Shown here one piece after another: positions 1 through 12,608 of a stretch of DNA of 64,000 bases (its first letter is position 1; each line of letters starts with the position of its first letter). Under the pieces are notes generated by a model that was not told where the DNA came from, searched no databases, and worked only from the letters and a program-made list of their open reading frames with translations. Location of the stretch: NCBI RefSeq assembly GCF_009834535.1, contig NC_045696.1:96226001-96290000 (forward strand), read 5' to 3'. A program made the position numbers and the translations under genes. The DNA is from Camelus ferus. Taxonomy: Eukaryota.

Positions 1-129
1 AACTAACACACACACACACACACATAATACATACAAATATGTGTACATATCTATTTCTATATCTACATGTGTATGCATACATAGTTATAAATATCAGCCA
101 AAAAAGTACATGTATACACACAATTTGTT

Positions 130-1330
130 TTACTAAATTTTTTTTACTACATGTTTTTTCCTAAACCATTTTGAAAGTAAGTTGCAGACAATCATGACCC
201 TTCCCTCCTAAATACTTCAACATGCATCTCTGAAGATTATAATATTCTCCTACTGAACTACGCCATTGCCACACCTAGGAAAATAATAAAAAAATTTTAA
301 GAAAAAAAATTTTAAGAAAAAATTTAAGAAAAATTTTTAAATTTTTTAGAAAAAAATTTTGAGGAAAAAAATTAAGATAATTCAGTAATACTGTCTAAAA
401 TAGTCTGCACTGAGATTCATACAATTGTCCCCAAACAATTTCTACAGCATTATCCTCTACTGCTGCCAGTCACCAACCACAGTGTTTCTCTTTGGTCTCT
501 TTTGATCTAGAATTGCTCCCTCCCACCCCATTGTGTTTGTTTGCTTTTCATGACATTGATTTATTTAGAGTCTAGGATGGTTGTCTTATAGGACGATCCA
601 CATTCCGAATTTGTCCAATTGTTTATCCATGATTAGCTTTCTGACAAGGTTATGTTGTGTACATCTAACTAAGTATTGGGATGCAAAATACCAAGTTATC
701 CCATTTTTAAGTTCGATCATTCAGTAACTGCCACATATCCCTGCTGAAAAGGTACCATTTTTTCTGTTATTCTAAATGATCTGGGAGTGATGCTTTTCAG
801 ACTGGAACATCCTGTTTTCCTACAACCTTTCAATGAATGACTTTTCACAACCATTAGATTGTTTCCTGAATCAGTTATCAGACTGAGATTGAAAAATGGT
901 GACTTTCTATCATTCCTTCTACCTTTTCTAGCTGACACTCTTCTGTAAAGAAGAGCTTGTCCCTGTCTTCATGCCCCCCTTTTTATTTGGGCTTTTAAAT
1001 ACCACTATTAACTCCTGGGTTTAGTTCATTTTTTTAAATATTTTTATCTATTACTGTCATTCTTGTTGATATCCAAACTGTTGAATTTAGAAGTGCCACC
1101 AAGTCAGCCCCCACGTCCATTTTTTATGTTTCCCCACTAGTCTGAGTACTTCCTTGCTGTTTGCCCACAAGGTATCAACTTGCCTTGTATCGTCCCTGTG
1201 CCTGATTAGAAATCAGTCATTTCTCCAAAGAGTCTTGGTTCCTCTTGGTGAGCAGTGACACTTAGAAACAAGACAAACTCATTGATTGGAAAAGGCTAAA
1301 GCAAGTTTATAGCTACCGGAGTGTCATGAC
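130..1330. mobile_element. Ancient, degraded L1 (L1MC/L1ME-like) 3'-region fragments
   Basis: Motifs such as ccattttgaaagtaagttgcagaca..cctaaatacttca and aatcagtcatttctccaaagagtcttggttcct resemble old L1M 3' ends (from memory). Boundaries approximate. Confidence 0.55.
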
Positions 1331-3257
1331 TTCAAGACCTACAAGCTTTTACTTTGTTTTATTAAAGACTGGTGTGGGTTTATACTTTGAAGGAAAGTAG
1401 CCGCTAGACAGAGATCCTGAAAATACAAAAGAACAAAGCAATAAAGTATGGAGAAAGATTACAAGGGAAGTCACTGTAGGCTTCCTGGAGGAAAGGAAAA
1501 AAAAAAAAAAAAAAAAAAGAGTAAAACAAAGCTGGTCGTGGTCCAAGCAGGTCATGAGCATGAAATGCAACTTTTGGTCCAGAAGGAAAGATTTCATACC
1601 AGATTTCATACACAGAGACATTACATCTGAGACAATAATGAAATGGCATCTAATGGCCCCCCTGGGTCACGGCAAGATGTGAGATGACTTCCTTATAACA
1701 TTTCTGACGGACTCATATTGAAATCCGTTGGAAAAGTGAAATCAAATAATGACAAATGGATTGATCTAAACAGGACATGGACATTCAGCAAAGGATCCCA
1801 CTGGAATGGGCCTAGGACTCACTAACAGTAAAGGCCTTCCATTTCATATGCACTCTGAGCCCATCTTTAAGCTGCATAAAAATGCATCTCTCACATTTAA
1901 GTCCTACTCATCTTGAAATGAATACAGCTGTTTCGTTGTTATAGACTGTGTTTAATAAAATACAAATTCCTTTAAAGAATTTCCCAATTCGTAAGTTAGT
2001 ATCTCAATATATTTTATTAAATCAAAGGTTGATTCCTCCAACAGGTAGGAAGTACATAAACTTTAGTTTCTACTTCCACCTAAAATCCTGGATACTTACA
2101 TTCTTTTCCTTCAGATATGTAAGTCTGAATCTTGAACATACATACAAGTGGTTGATATTTAGCTGAGTAGTTAAAGCTGTTGGTTTCTCAGATGAAAATC
2201 TGTTCCCCATCCCCCTAGCAAAGCCCTAAGCTCCAAGATCTGAAGATCTGAGCACAGCATGACTCATTGAGAAATGCAAACACCATATCAGTGAAGCAAA
2301 AAGAGGTCAGAGATTCATTTCCTTGCCTGGCCCCAGGGAATAGAACCACATATTCCAAAACAATGCTGTAATGAACAGACTGGGAAAAAAGTCAGGAATC
2401 TCAGCAACTCAATCTAATTCCAGAGAAAGGAATCATTTCCCAAAACTCTAAAGACAGGAGTTTCATAGCTTTACATCACTCTTATCAAAGATTCAGGCTT
2501 GCGTGCATTGCTGGGTGAAAGCATGAAATACTTAGGACTTCACTCACTCTCTACTGCTGAGTGCCACTTCCCGTGACTAGAACCATGGGACCATAAGAAG
2601 CACAGCCTTTGCCCTAACCTCCCGCAGGCAAGCTCTGCTGGGTCAGATACCCGAGGAGGTTCAGAGCACTCTGCAAAGGATCTACTGTGCCTCCCACAAG
2701 CCCTGCATTGCAGTGCAGAACATCAACCTCAGATAAATGTGGGGAAGCAGGGCACACTGTAGGAACCCAATGCAGGGAAAGTCCTGGCAGACTGAGAGTC
2801 CCAGAGACATCCCATTATTCTGTTCACTCCCTGAACCCCCAGTGTTCCCTCTGAGTCATACACTGCCCAACACCAGGTATTTGATTGTTACAGGAATAGA
2901 AACCCTATGAGGTAGCAACTACTACCCCATCATTTTAAAGATGTAAAAACTGAAACACAGAGGCACTCAGTAACTATTCCAATATTATAGCTGTTAAGCA
3001 GTTGAGCCATATTTCTAGCCAAGGTCAACTGCATCCAACATGAATGTTTTTAATTATTATGCTGTACTGTTTGCCCATTATTCCAACAGAGCAGTAAAGA
3101 AAACCCACTTCACATTCTGAGACCTAGGCAGGTGAATTACTTAATACCACTGAGTTACTCAATATACAGTTAAGGTTTGGCACCAGTAAGAGAGCTGACT
3201 AAATTCTCTTCCTGTATCAAAATGATACCAGATACAACTACCACTAAGAGGTTATTT

Positions 3258-3442
3258 CAGTAGTTCTCAACTTGGGAACATTTAAAAATGTCTGGAGACA
3301 GTTTTGGTTGTCTTAAATCATGGGGTGCTGCTGGCACCTAGTGGACAGGCGCAGCTAAACGTCTTATGATGCACCAGTCTGTTCATCCGCAGAGAGCTGG
3401 AATTCAAAAATATGTCAGCAGTGCCAAGGCTGAGAAACCCTG
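3258..3442. mobile_element. MER20-like hAT-Charlie DNA transposon remnant
   Basis: Ends are cagtagttctcaa...tgagaaaccctg (inverted termini). Interior aatgtctggagacagttttggttgtc and gctgctggcacctagtgg are typical of MER20. Confidence 0.7.
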
Positions 3443-6400
3443 GGCTATACCAAAGACTGTAGGTGAAAAACCTGCCAAAATCCATCCTGACAACTCAGAT
3501 GCAGCTCCTGGTACAGAGGCTAAGGATGGATGACCATTTTCATGGTCCCAGAAGTTTGGCTCCTGTGGCACACTTTCCCCTCCCCCCACAGCCCCTGTGG
3601 TCCATTTGCATAACCACAAGATGTGAAGACAAATCCAAGTTCTAAGAGGAGCCAGTCTTGTATTTTGCTATGAGTTCTGCTAAAAGTATTTCAAGGGAAG
3701 TGGCTGGAATTAAAAGTAAAAACTAGGTTTGGGCATTATCAGCTTATTATCCATACTAACTCACCACTTCTCATCACACATGGTCAAAGAAGGATTGTGT
3801 TTGCAGCAGAAACTCACAGATCTTTAGTCTTTCTACATTTGAGAGTCTGTAAACAGGTGGGCCCAGGAGGAAGGCCTGGCTGTCAAGACAGAGCTGAGCT
3901 TCTGCTTTGGTGGAAACGGAAGTTCTTAAGTGTCTGCAATTCAGCCTAAGAAAAGGATGCAGACTTTACTAATGTGAGAACGAATCAGCACAGCTCCTCA
4001 ATTCTTTAATTGAGACCACAGCATTTGTCCAATGATAAGTTAAATTAAAGCATGTTTGTCACTGACCTAGGCTCTAACTGAAGGTGAAGTCAATGGGCCA
4101 TAGAGGGCAGGAGTTAGGAGAATCAAGTCAGACCTCATGTCTATGCAAGAGAAAACTGGCTGAAGGGGAGAAGCAGCAACAAGCAGAGCCCCCATGTGAC
4201 CGGGGTCGCAGGGGATCCGGGTGGCATCCAAACCACAGCAGCTGATCCGGGTTTCCTCCAGCAGCGGAGCCTTCACCACAGACTGACTGATGTCATTTGT
4301 TCTAATCACTGTTATGAATGGTCCGATTCTACACTTCCTGGAACTCAGTGCAGGAGACAGAGCACAGGTCAGGAACACGTTCATTTTTAAACATTCTGAA
4401 AGTGTTTCTGAAAAACTGGCAAATATAATAGAGGTTCTCTATGCTGGGGTACCTAGAGGCTAAGTGGAGAAACTGAAGGCATTCATACCTTGCAGACCCT
4501 TAACACCGAAATCAAACACAGGACAGACACAAACTCACACACACCTGTGCACCTTCCCTCAAAAAAATACTGGATGACTCCTAAAAGGGGTACTCCAGAG
4601 CAACGCTGAAGGGCCTGCATACATGCACGCGCTCACAGACACACACACAACACGCTTCCACCAAGCTCCCTCAGGAGTAGAGGAGACCTGGCTTGGAGCT
4701 GAACAGACCTAAGTTTGAATGCTGTCTAGACACTTATTAGCTGCTTAATTCACTTTTAATGAGTAACCATTTTGACCATTTTAAGCATCCATTTCCTCAT
4801 TTGCAAAATGATGGTAACAGTAACTCACTGATAAGGCTCTACCATGTTTCTCAAGAGCTTGGGCAACCCTCCTGCTGTGCTGCCTCTCACGTGTCTTGGT
4901 ATGTGCGCCTAGTAGCTCTCTCCGTCCAACACTCCCTCCCTCCCCTGCTTTAACTGGCTAAATCAAATCATTTGTCAACCTTCATCGTCACATGACCCAA
5001 GAAGATTGCCTTGATATCACCATTCCCGACACTGGGAGGTGCAAGGTACTCGCTCTGTTCCTCCTCCTTCAATAATAGCCCCCTACTGCACCTGAAGTAC
5101 CACTCTGCTCCGTCTCCCCTACCCTGGGGTCTTCCTGTGCCTGATGTATCGCCGCAGTGCCTGGTAAACATGCTCTGATGCATTGATTTAGCAAGCAAAT
5201 TAACAAAAGTTCTTGGCAAAGAAAGGAAGACCTGATATACGCAAGAGGCAAAGGCTACAACGTACCTTAAGAACAGAAGAGTTCATCAAGGGGAAATCAA
5301 GACCAACCACTACTGTAGGGAGGCCAGGAGACAGAACAACTGAGGAAAGGGCAACAAATTGAGAAACAGGGTCCCCGGCAGCCTTTGAGAAGTGTGGTGA
5401 GTGCCAAACATTAAATGTTCAGGGTGATGAAGAAAAAGATAAGTGGGGCTCATTCTTTCAGGTGAAAAAAAAAAGTAAGATTCTGGCTGGCTGAGCCTAG
5501 AGAGAGCACTGGCCAGACAGAGGCCGCGGGGAGAGCAGGGAAGGGGTCAGATAGCCACTATGAGAATCTGAGAGGCAGCCAAGTAGAAAACGGGTTTCCG
5601 AGAAGCAAGGGGGCGAGGGTGGTCAGTTACAGAGGAAAAACAGTAGCACCTATGAAAGCAACTGGCATGCTTATGACTTCCCCTTGAACAGGTCTATGAC
5701 CCAGAAGCAAGGACACTGCTTACACAGCCCTAAGGAGTCACAATGTTGGGAAAGAGAGGCGGGACCAAGAGTCAGGATGTAAGAAATTTTAAAATATTGA
5801 ACCACCATGGAATAAGAAAGGCCAGGAGCCTAATGAGTATTAGAATTAATACTATTCAATACTATAAAATATTTTTTAAATATAAAATGTTATAAAGCAT
5901 TTAATAACATAAAATACCACAAACTATGACTGCAAGACTGAACAAGTAAGTAGCCCATACATAAATCCCCTTTCTATTCAACCTATTATGACGGCTCTGG
6001 AAACCATCTAGGATACCCTACGCTGGCACCAAAAAGAGAAGACAAAAGCCACACATTACAGCAAGGAAGGTGAAAGCAGTAATAAGAAAATGGCTTTAGT
6101 AAGTTTGGAAAGGTACACAACGACCACACACATCTGTACTATTTGCTATTGTCAGCAGCATCATCTACAAAACAAATATTTATCTCATACGAAAAGATCT
6201 GGGGCATCCTGGATTAAAGCCGTTCATGTCTGGAATGTAGAGAGAGAGGAGGAAACATCCGACTGTCAGTGTGTAAGTACAGAACAAAGATCAGGAAGGA
6301 AAACCCTCATCATAGGTGAATACTGATTAAAGAGAGATTTGAAAACAATCCATTCTCCATACACATTTTTTCTAATTATGAAATATTTCAAGTACACAAA

Positions 6401-7228
6401 ATACAGAAGTTAATGTTGGTAATACCGATGCACCCAATCACCCAGTGTTAATTGACAGTAATATTTAAGCCTAGTCGTTTCAGAACTGAAGAGACGAAAC
6501 ACCACAAATACAGCTCAAGCCCACGCCATCCCTCACTCCTTCTTCCCTCTCTCTGAGTAAGCACCACCCTGAAGTTAGACTATCTCATGCCCGACCAGGT
6601 CGTGCTCAGTACTGCCCTGAATCACATACACTATTATACCACAGAGAACTGAATCTCTTTGTTTTTAAGGAGAGTTTCATGACCTTTCAGGAATAGTCTG
6701 GGTAAGTCTAAGATGCTGTTTATCACTGTTCTCCATAAAGTATCTATTTACATTTCCAGACCAGAAGGATGAGATTATTATGATGAGATCGATAATGAAT
6801 CAACTTTAAGAGTCTAGATTTCAGCTACCTATAATGTAACTTCTCCTACCTGAAGTCCCAACTACAGCAAAGAGAAGTTTTTTTTTTTTAACCCTCCTCA
6901 CCAAATATTTATTAAATGTCCCTTGTTTACACGGTCTAAAAAAAAAATTGGCTAGTCAAAGAGTAGTCACTGGGCTGGAAGCATCACCATTTACACCCAA
7001 CTGCAGACCTATGGAATCTGAGGCTTCATTTCAGCAAAAGCCCCAGGAAATGTGTATACACATTAAAGTCTGAAAAAGGGCTGGCCTAAAGAATTCAGAA
7101 AGGTGACAACCTAGACCAAGGCAGAACCAAATCCAACCACCATTCTGCCAAACCCATCCTCTTCCTATCAGACAATACTGCTTTCAGGTGTTTTCTCTGC
7201 AAAGTCCAAGCTTAAGTGTCGTTAGATC

Positions 7229-7413
7229 AGCAGTTATCAACCAGGGGCAATTTGGCCTTCCAGGGGACATTTCTGTCATAACCTGGGGAGATGATACTAT
7301 TGGCATCTAATAGTTAGAAGCCAAGGATGTGGCTAAACATCCTACAATGCAGAGGACAGTTATCCACAACAAATAATTATCTGACCCAAAATGCCAATGG
7401 TGTGAAGGTTTGA
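7229..7413. mobile_element. MER20-like DNA transposon remnant
   Basis: cagcagttatcaaccaggggcaattt..tggcatctaatagttagaagccaaggatgtggctaaacatcctacaatgc..aattatctgacccaaaatgccaat. Confidence 0.7.
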
Positions 7414-7799
7414 AAAAAAAAAATTAGAAAACACACAAAAAAACTGCCTATGATTTCCTGGCTAAAATGGTCAATTGTTAACTTCAGTAATTTAATGAAC
7501 TGATTTGAGTGTCCAAATCCATTAAACAAACAAACAAACAAACAAATAACTAAAAACACTTCATGCCCAACCTTCTCAAATAAAGAGTTTGTAAGTTTCC
7601 CACAAGGGTTTACATCAAATCAATAATCAACAGTGACAACCAAAACAAAGTAACAAACGCACAAGTTGAAATATTTCACAATTATAAAAGATGAGTTTAA
7701 AAAGTAAGTACACTGCTACCATGCTACCATACATTCTTCTCCAATAAAAACATTCTGGCGTTCGTTTAGCCTAATTAATTCTCCATTCTTCTCCTACAG

Positions 7800-7910
7800 T
7801 ACAGGATCATTAGTGAAGAAACACTTTGGCCACTTCAAGATGACAAGCACTCCCTGGGCTAAATTACTTCACTGAAAGGAAACCTCATATTAGACAGAAC
7901 TTTTCAAAAG
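7800..7910 (+). other. P2RY14: P2RY14 non-coding 5'UTR exon
   Basis: Acceptor ttctccattcttctcctacag|7800 and donor AAG|gtaatt at 7911. The exon resembles the human P2RY14 5'UTR as recalled (gccacttcaaga..cttcactgaaa..acctcatatta). Confidence 0.75.
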
Positions 7911-9895
7911 GTAATTGAAAAAATCCTTTAGTATTATCGAGACCTTTGTTAATGTCATCAAAATGTTATGAAGGAATAATTTCTCTTCTTCAGAGAAAGT
8001 AGAATTCCAGCACACAATGAGAAGAGTGGAAGGTGGTCCACATATAAGAGAAAAGTGGGTCACCATGTGTAATTATACAGAAGATGAGTAGTGAAGACAG
8101 CATGTTCTTATTAAGATGAATGTATTTCTGGAGTGAGCAGTGCCTTGCACGGTCCAGCATCAACTAAATTCTACCCAGAGAGAGCCCTGAGGTGATAGGT
8201 AATACTCCACAACTTGAAGACACTTAACGCATCAGCATCCTGAGACCTAACATTTCATTGGGGACTAGAGCACCCACTATCTAGATTACAGTGAAAACTG
8301 GCCATTCATATTCTAGGTGTGCAAAAAAAAAATGAGAGCAATTCACAGGTTCCTGTTACACATCAGCAGTCTTCTGGTCTCACAAATCCCATTCCACCCT
8401 ATTCTTTAATTATGTGACCAAAGATCCAAAGTGACAGTTTATATGGACTAAATAAAACATTTCATGTCGTTTCATTCTCTTTTACCTGGATTTGTGGAAC
8501 AAGGGAGATTTTCACCTAAGAGAAGCTAAAGCCTTATACTGTTAAGTGTCCCCTTTTTTTTTTTTTTTTAAAGTTTGCCACATTTCTTAAATGTAGTTTC
8601 AAGAATTTAGGGAGCTTTGCTTATGTTCCCTGAAGCCTCAAGGTTAACATAATGAGCACTTTCACTACAGAAATTCAGAGGTAATCTCAGGTAACTTCCA
8701 TGGGCAGAGCTGGCTACACTTCCAAAAACTGGCGTGCACTTTTTCGGTAGAGCATCATCTAGAGGTGCCTTTCCTCTTTTTTCTCCCTTTGTCTGTCTCA
8801 TCTTTAACAGGGTGGGACAGACTGCTTAGAAACAGTAAATCAGCTGAGAGTCTGGGAAGGGGAACAGAGGGTTGTTGGCCAACACCGAGACATTCTTTCT
8901 GATTTATTTGGTACTTATTTATTTTTATGTTATTGTATAAAATCAGCATCAGTATGTGACTATTTCCTCCATCTGTGAAATGATTTGAAGTTTCAGTAGG
9001 TCTCTTTATCAGGATACTAAATCACCTCTATACTAAAGATAAGGAGAGGAAACTGGGCAGATGTTACAAGGTCAAAGCGATACAGGTCTCTGTTATTTGG
9101 TCCTATTTATCATCTAACACACATTCCTGCCTTTTGGTCTCAATATATAATTGGCCTCCCTTGCTGAGATGCCTTCCGAGAGTTCCTTTTTCACACATCG
9201 AGAACTATCACTGTAGAAAAGGCTGCTGCACTGAGACTCCAAGTACAGTGAATTGTGTACCCAGAGGACGCAGTGCCCCGTCATCAACACCACTGCTAAA
9301 GGACAGACAGACTTGAGAGCTTGAAAATTACCATCTAAATTGTCTCGGATTTACCTTCAGCTCGTTACTCATGTAGAATGTCCCTTTAATTCACCTCCGC
9401 TGTTCCAACCAGACAGCAGCACAGGCACCAGTGGTACCCTGCTTCTTCCCCCAACCAATGCGTCTCAAATGTTTCCATCCTAAAATGGAAACCCTTATCT
9501 GCAATTGTTTAAAAGCAGGCCAAAACAGCAAGCAGATGTTTGGCGAGAAAGACCCACGCAAACCTTGAGTATTCAGTTCACTTCAGAAGTCGCTCCTGCG
9601 ATAGAAGTTTGCCTGGGTCAGCCAGCCCCTTCCACCAACCTCACAGTGAGCAGGGAGGAGGCATGATGTGCATCGCAAGGGCGTGTATGCTCAGATTCTT
9701 GACACTCTGAGGACTCAGAGAACGTGGTTCTGGACCCATGGTGTCAGGCTACATGCAGAAATACTGCAGTTCAAGAGGGCCTAAGTCACAAGACTCTGAG
9801 AAAATGTCTTTATACAGATTTCTAGAAGGAAAGGAAAGAAATCATGGCTCTCACTAAATCATTTCCGGAAATTCTTCACTATTACTGAAGATAGT

Positions 9896-10012
9896 CTTTT
9901 TTTTTTTTTAATAAGTTGTTGTGCTTTTTTTTAATGGAGGTACTGGGGATTGAACCCAGGACCTTGTGCATGCTAAGCACATGCTCTACCACCGAGCTAT
10001 ACCCTCCCACCC
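9896..10012 (-). mobile_element. tRNA-derived SINE (camelid Vic-1/CHR-like)
   Basis: The reverse complement has a tRNA-like head (tatagctcggtggtagagc...gggttcaatccccag, A/B boxes) and an A-rich tail. Confidence 0.8.
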
Positions 10013-10966
10013 TTAGATGGTGCCTTCTATAATTTTTCTATGAGGAGAGAAATTTGGTACTCACCAAATCATTTCTAGAAATTATTATTTCACTATGTAA
10101 TTATATAGCTAATATCTCTCTCTGATTTAAAATGTACTGACATCCAATATTTTTTTCAATTTTATATTTTAAATTCCAGTGAATCCAACAATTACTGAAT
10201 ACGTATCACGTGCACCACACCACACTGACTGAAGGGCTGAGTCCCCAGCACTGGGACCCCTGGGAGCATTCTCTCAAGCTCTGGGAGACGGGCTCTTAGA
10301 CTAAGCTGCACCTTACTATCAGGGGACAAGACCAATTGTTTACTAGACACAGCCTCTCTGCCACCATGGACAGTTAAAAATAGAAAATGTGACCCCTTCA
10401 CTTATTATTGAAAATATAAAGCAGACCACAGAAGACCTACAAAGAAGCAAGCTAACTACAAACCCTTTATGATCAGAGCCAAGTGTGCAGGGGCTAAGAT
10501 TTCCTTCCAAAAGTTCAAGGACTGGCAAAATTGAGCAGCTAGAAATAGTTCTAGTTTTGCCAAATGCATGCAGGAAGAGTACACAGAAGCAAGATACTGT
10601 GTGAAAAGTAGCACACAAAGTTTGAGTGTATGATTTTTTTTTTAATTTGCAATGAGACCAAATTTCACATTCCACATTTCCAAATTCTACTTTCTCACAT
10701 TTCCTTAATTTCACTGACAGAGCCCTTCACTGACTGCATATAAAGCACCATATACTTGGCACCAGAAATACAAAGAACAAGATATATACTCTCTGTCCTC
10801 GAGGAACCCACTGTCCTCCACAATCTTTCCTTTCCATGATCCTTGACTAGATGTAAAGTTCTTAAGAGCAGGGATTCATGTCCTGTATTCTCAGGCTGCA
10901 TATTTATTTACTTCACAAATACTTTAAATATCTAATGTCCTAAATATAATACTAGGAATATAATGG

Positions 10967-11015
10967 TAATTAATAATAATAATAATAATAATAATAATGA
11001 CGACGACGACGACGA
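10967..11015. repeat. Compound microsatellite (TAA)n(GAC)n
   Basis: taataataat...aatgacgacgacgacgacgac read directly from the sequence. Confidence 0.9.
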
Positions 11016-11565
11016 CATGGTCTCCCTCCTCTGAAGGAGCTTACAGTAGCAGAAGAATCAAAAAACAGAGAGATGAGTGTTGTGGTCGGGAAGAAGCACA
11101 GAACTGTGAGCACACACATAAGGGACCTCACACCCAATCCACCCCAAGCAAGGATGGGAAGAGTGAAGTTTCTGAGAGAAAGAGGCATCCAAGCTGAGGC
11201 CTCAAGCATAAAGAGAAGTTAGCCAGCCAAGAAGGTAGCAGAAGAAAGTCAGTGCAAAGGTTCAAGGTGAGAGAAATCATGGAACCTACAAGGAGGTAGA
11301 AGAGTCCAGACCAGTGGGAACTCATAGCTGGAGGTGGAATCAGTAGGGATCAGACCAAGAAGGGACGTCTGGTAGCTCAGGGTTAAAGAGTTGCACTGTA
11401 TCCTGAGGATGAGGACTGGACCGCTGAAGGGTTAAGCAGGTTGTTAACATTACATATAAGATGGGCAATAAATGTTTTCTTGGATATATCAAATAACCTT
11501 CCAGAAAAGTTCTAATCTTCCTTGAGCCCTAAATCATTATGTCCAACATCAGTGAAGAACATACA

Positions 11566-11706
11566 GGGGGAAGGTACAGCTCAAGTGGTAGAGTGCATGC
11601 TTAGCACACACACGGTCCTGGGTTCCATCTCCAGTAGCTCTTCTGAAATTAAATAAATAACCCTAATTACTGCCTCCCCCCCCAAAAAAAAAGAAAAAAA
11701 GGAGAA
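11566..11706 (+). mobile_element. tRNA-derived SINE (camelid-type)
   Basis: Head ggggaaggtacagctcaagtggtagag..ggtcctgggttcca, A-rich tail, TSD aagaacatacag (11555-11566) / aagaatatacag (11707-11718). Confidence 0.85.
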
Positions 11707-11759
11707 AAGAATATACAGAATTCTCTGATGAAGGAAGGTTCTGGGTAATTAATACCTAG

Positions 11760-12072
11760 GGCAGCACTGTCCAATAAAAGTGTGATGCAAGCCACCTATG
11801 CAATTTTAAATTTTCTAGTACTCATCTTCTTAAAAATGCAAAACTAAGTGAAATTAAAATTAAAAACATAATTTACTGGAATATTCCTAAAATATTATTT
11901 CAACATGTAATCAATATTAAAAATATTGAGATATTTTACATTCTTTTTTTCACCCTAAGTCTGTGAAATTCAGCTGTGCATTTTACGTCACATCTCAGTC
12001 TGGACTGGCCCTGCCTCGGGTGCTCTTTGGCCATTCATGGCTAGGGGCCGCCGCGCTGGGCAGTGGAGATCT
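11760..12072. mobile_element. MER3/MER33-like hAT DNA transposon
   Basis: cagcactgtccaataaaag..tgcaagccac..ttttaaattttctagta ... gctgggcagtg, flanked by ctag. Confidence 0.6.
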
Positions 12073-12608
12073 AGAATGCACCCTGGGGAGCATTTCTCAG
12101 GATACTTAAGGTACTTTCATCATTTGCGTTTGTTTCCTAATTTATCAAAATAATACAAATCAGGTTTTAAATGGAAAAAAAAAACACAGAATGTCTCAGT
12201 TTTGAAAGACACCCATATTCCTATACTGAAAGTACCAGTCTCATTCAGACGTGTATGCTGGTAAAGCACTCTGGAGTTTTACAGGAACCCTTATCATTTT
12301 AGGGAAATGCTGGTCTCCATTATTACCTCAGTTCTCAGACAGTCCCGCTTCTCAAATTTTTCTTCCTTGTCATCTGTCAACTCTATTCTTCCCTTTTCAA
12401 AAGGAAGGGAAAGGGAGAAGGGATGAGGGAGGGAGGGAGGATGGGGTAGGGTACCTAGCAAACATACAGCAAGAACTTAGTTTCAAGAACTTGGTGGCCT
12501 CAGGTCTATTTACTGCCCTTTGCTATCCCCTGGCAAATGACTCAAAGGCCCTGAGTGTCCTGCTCACCTACTTGCCTCACCTTCCAGGTCTCACCTTTGA
12601 ACATTGCA

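Noticed and set aside
285..378. Degenerate A/T-tract repeat (aaaaattttaag)n
   Set aside because: Low-complexity expansion inside an old L1. No unique spacers, so not CRISPR-like.
9845..10100. ~40-bp imperfect direct repeat (tcac.aaatcatttc..gaaatt..cactat) on both sides of a SINE
   Set aside because: Too far from the SINE ends to be its TSD. Probably an old local duplication with no sign of function.
12410..12451. G-rich tract (possible G-quadruplex) upstream of the P2RY14 acceptor
   Set aside because: A simple (GGGA)n-like repeat, common, with no supporting evidence.
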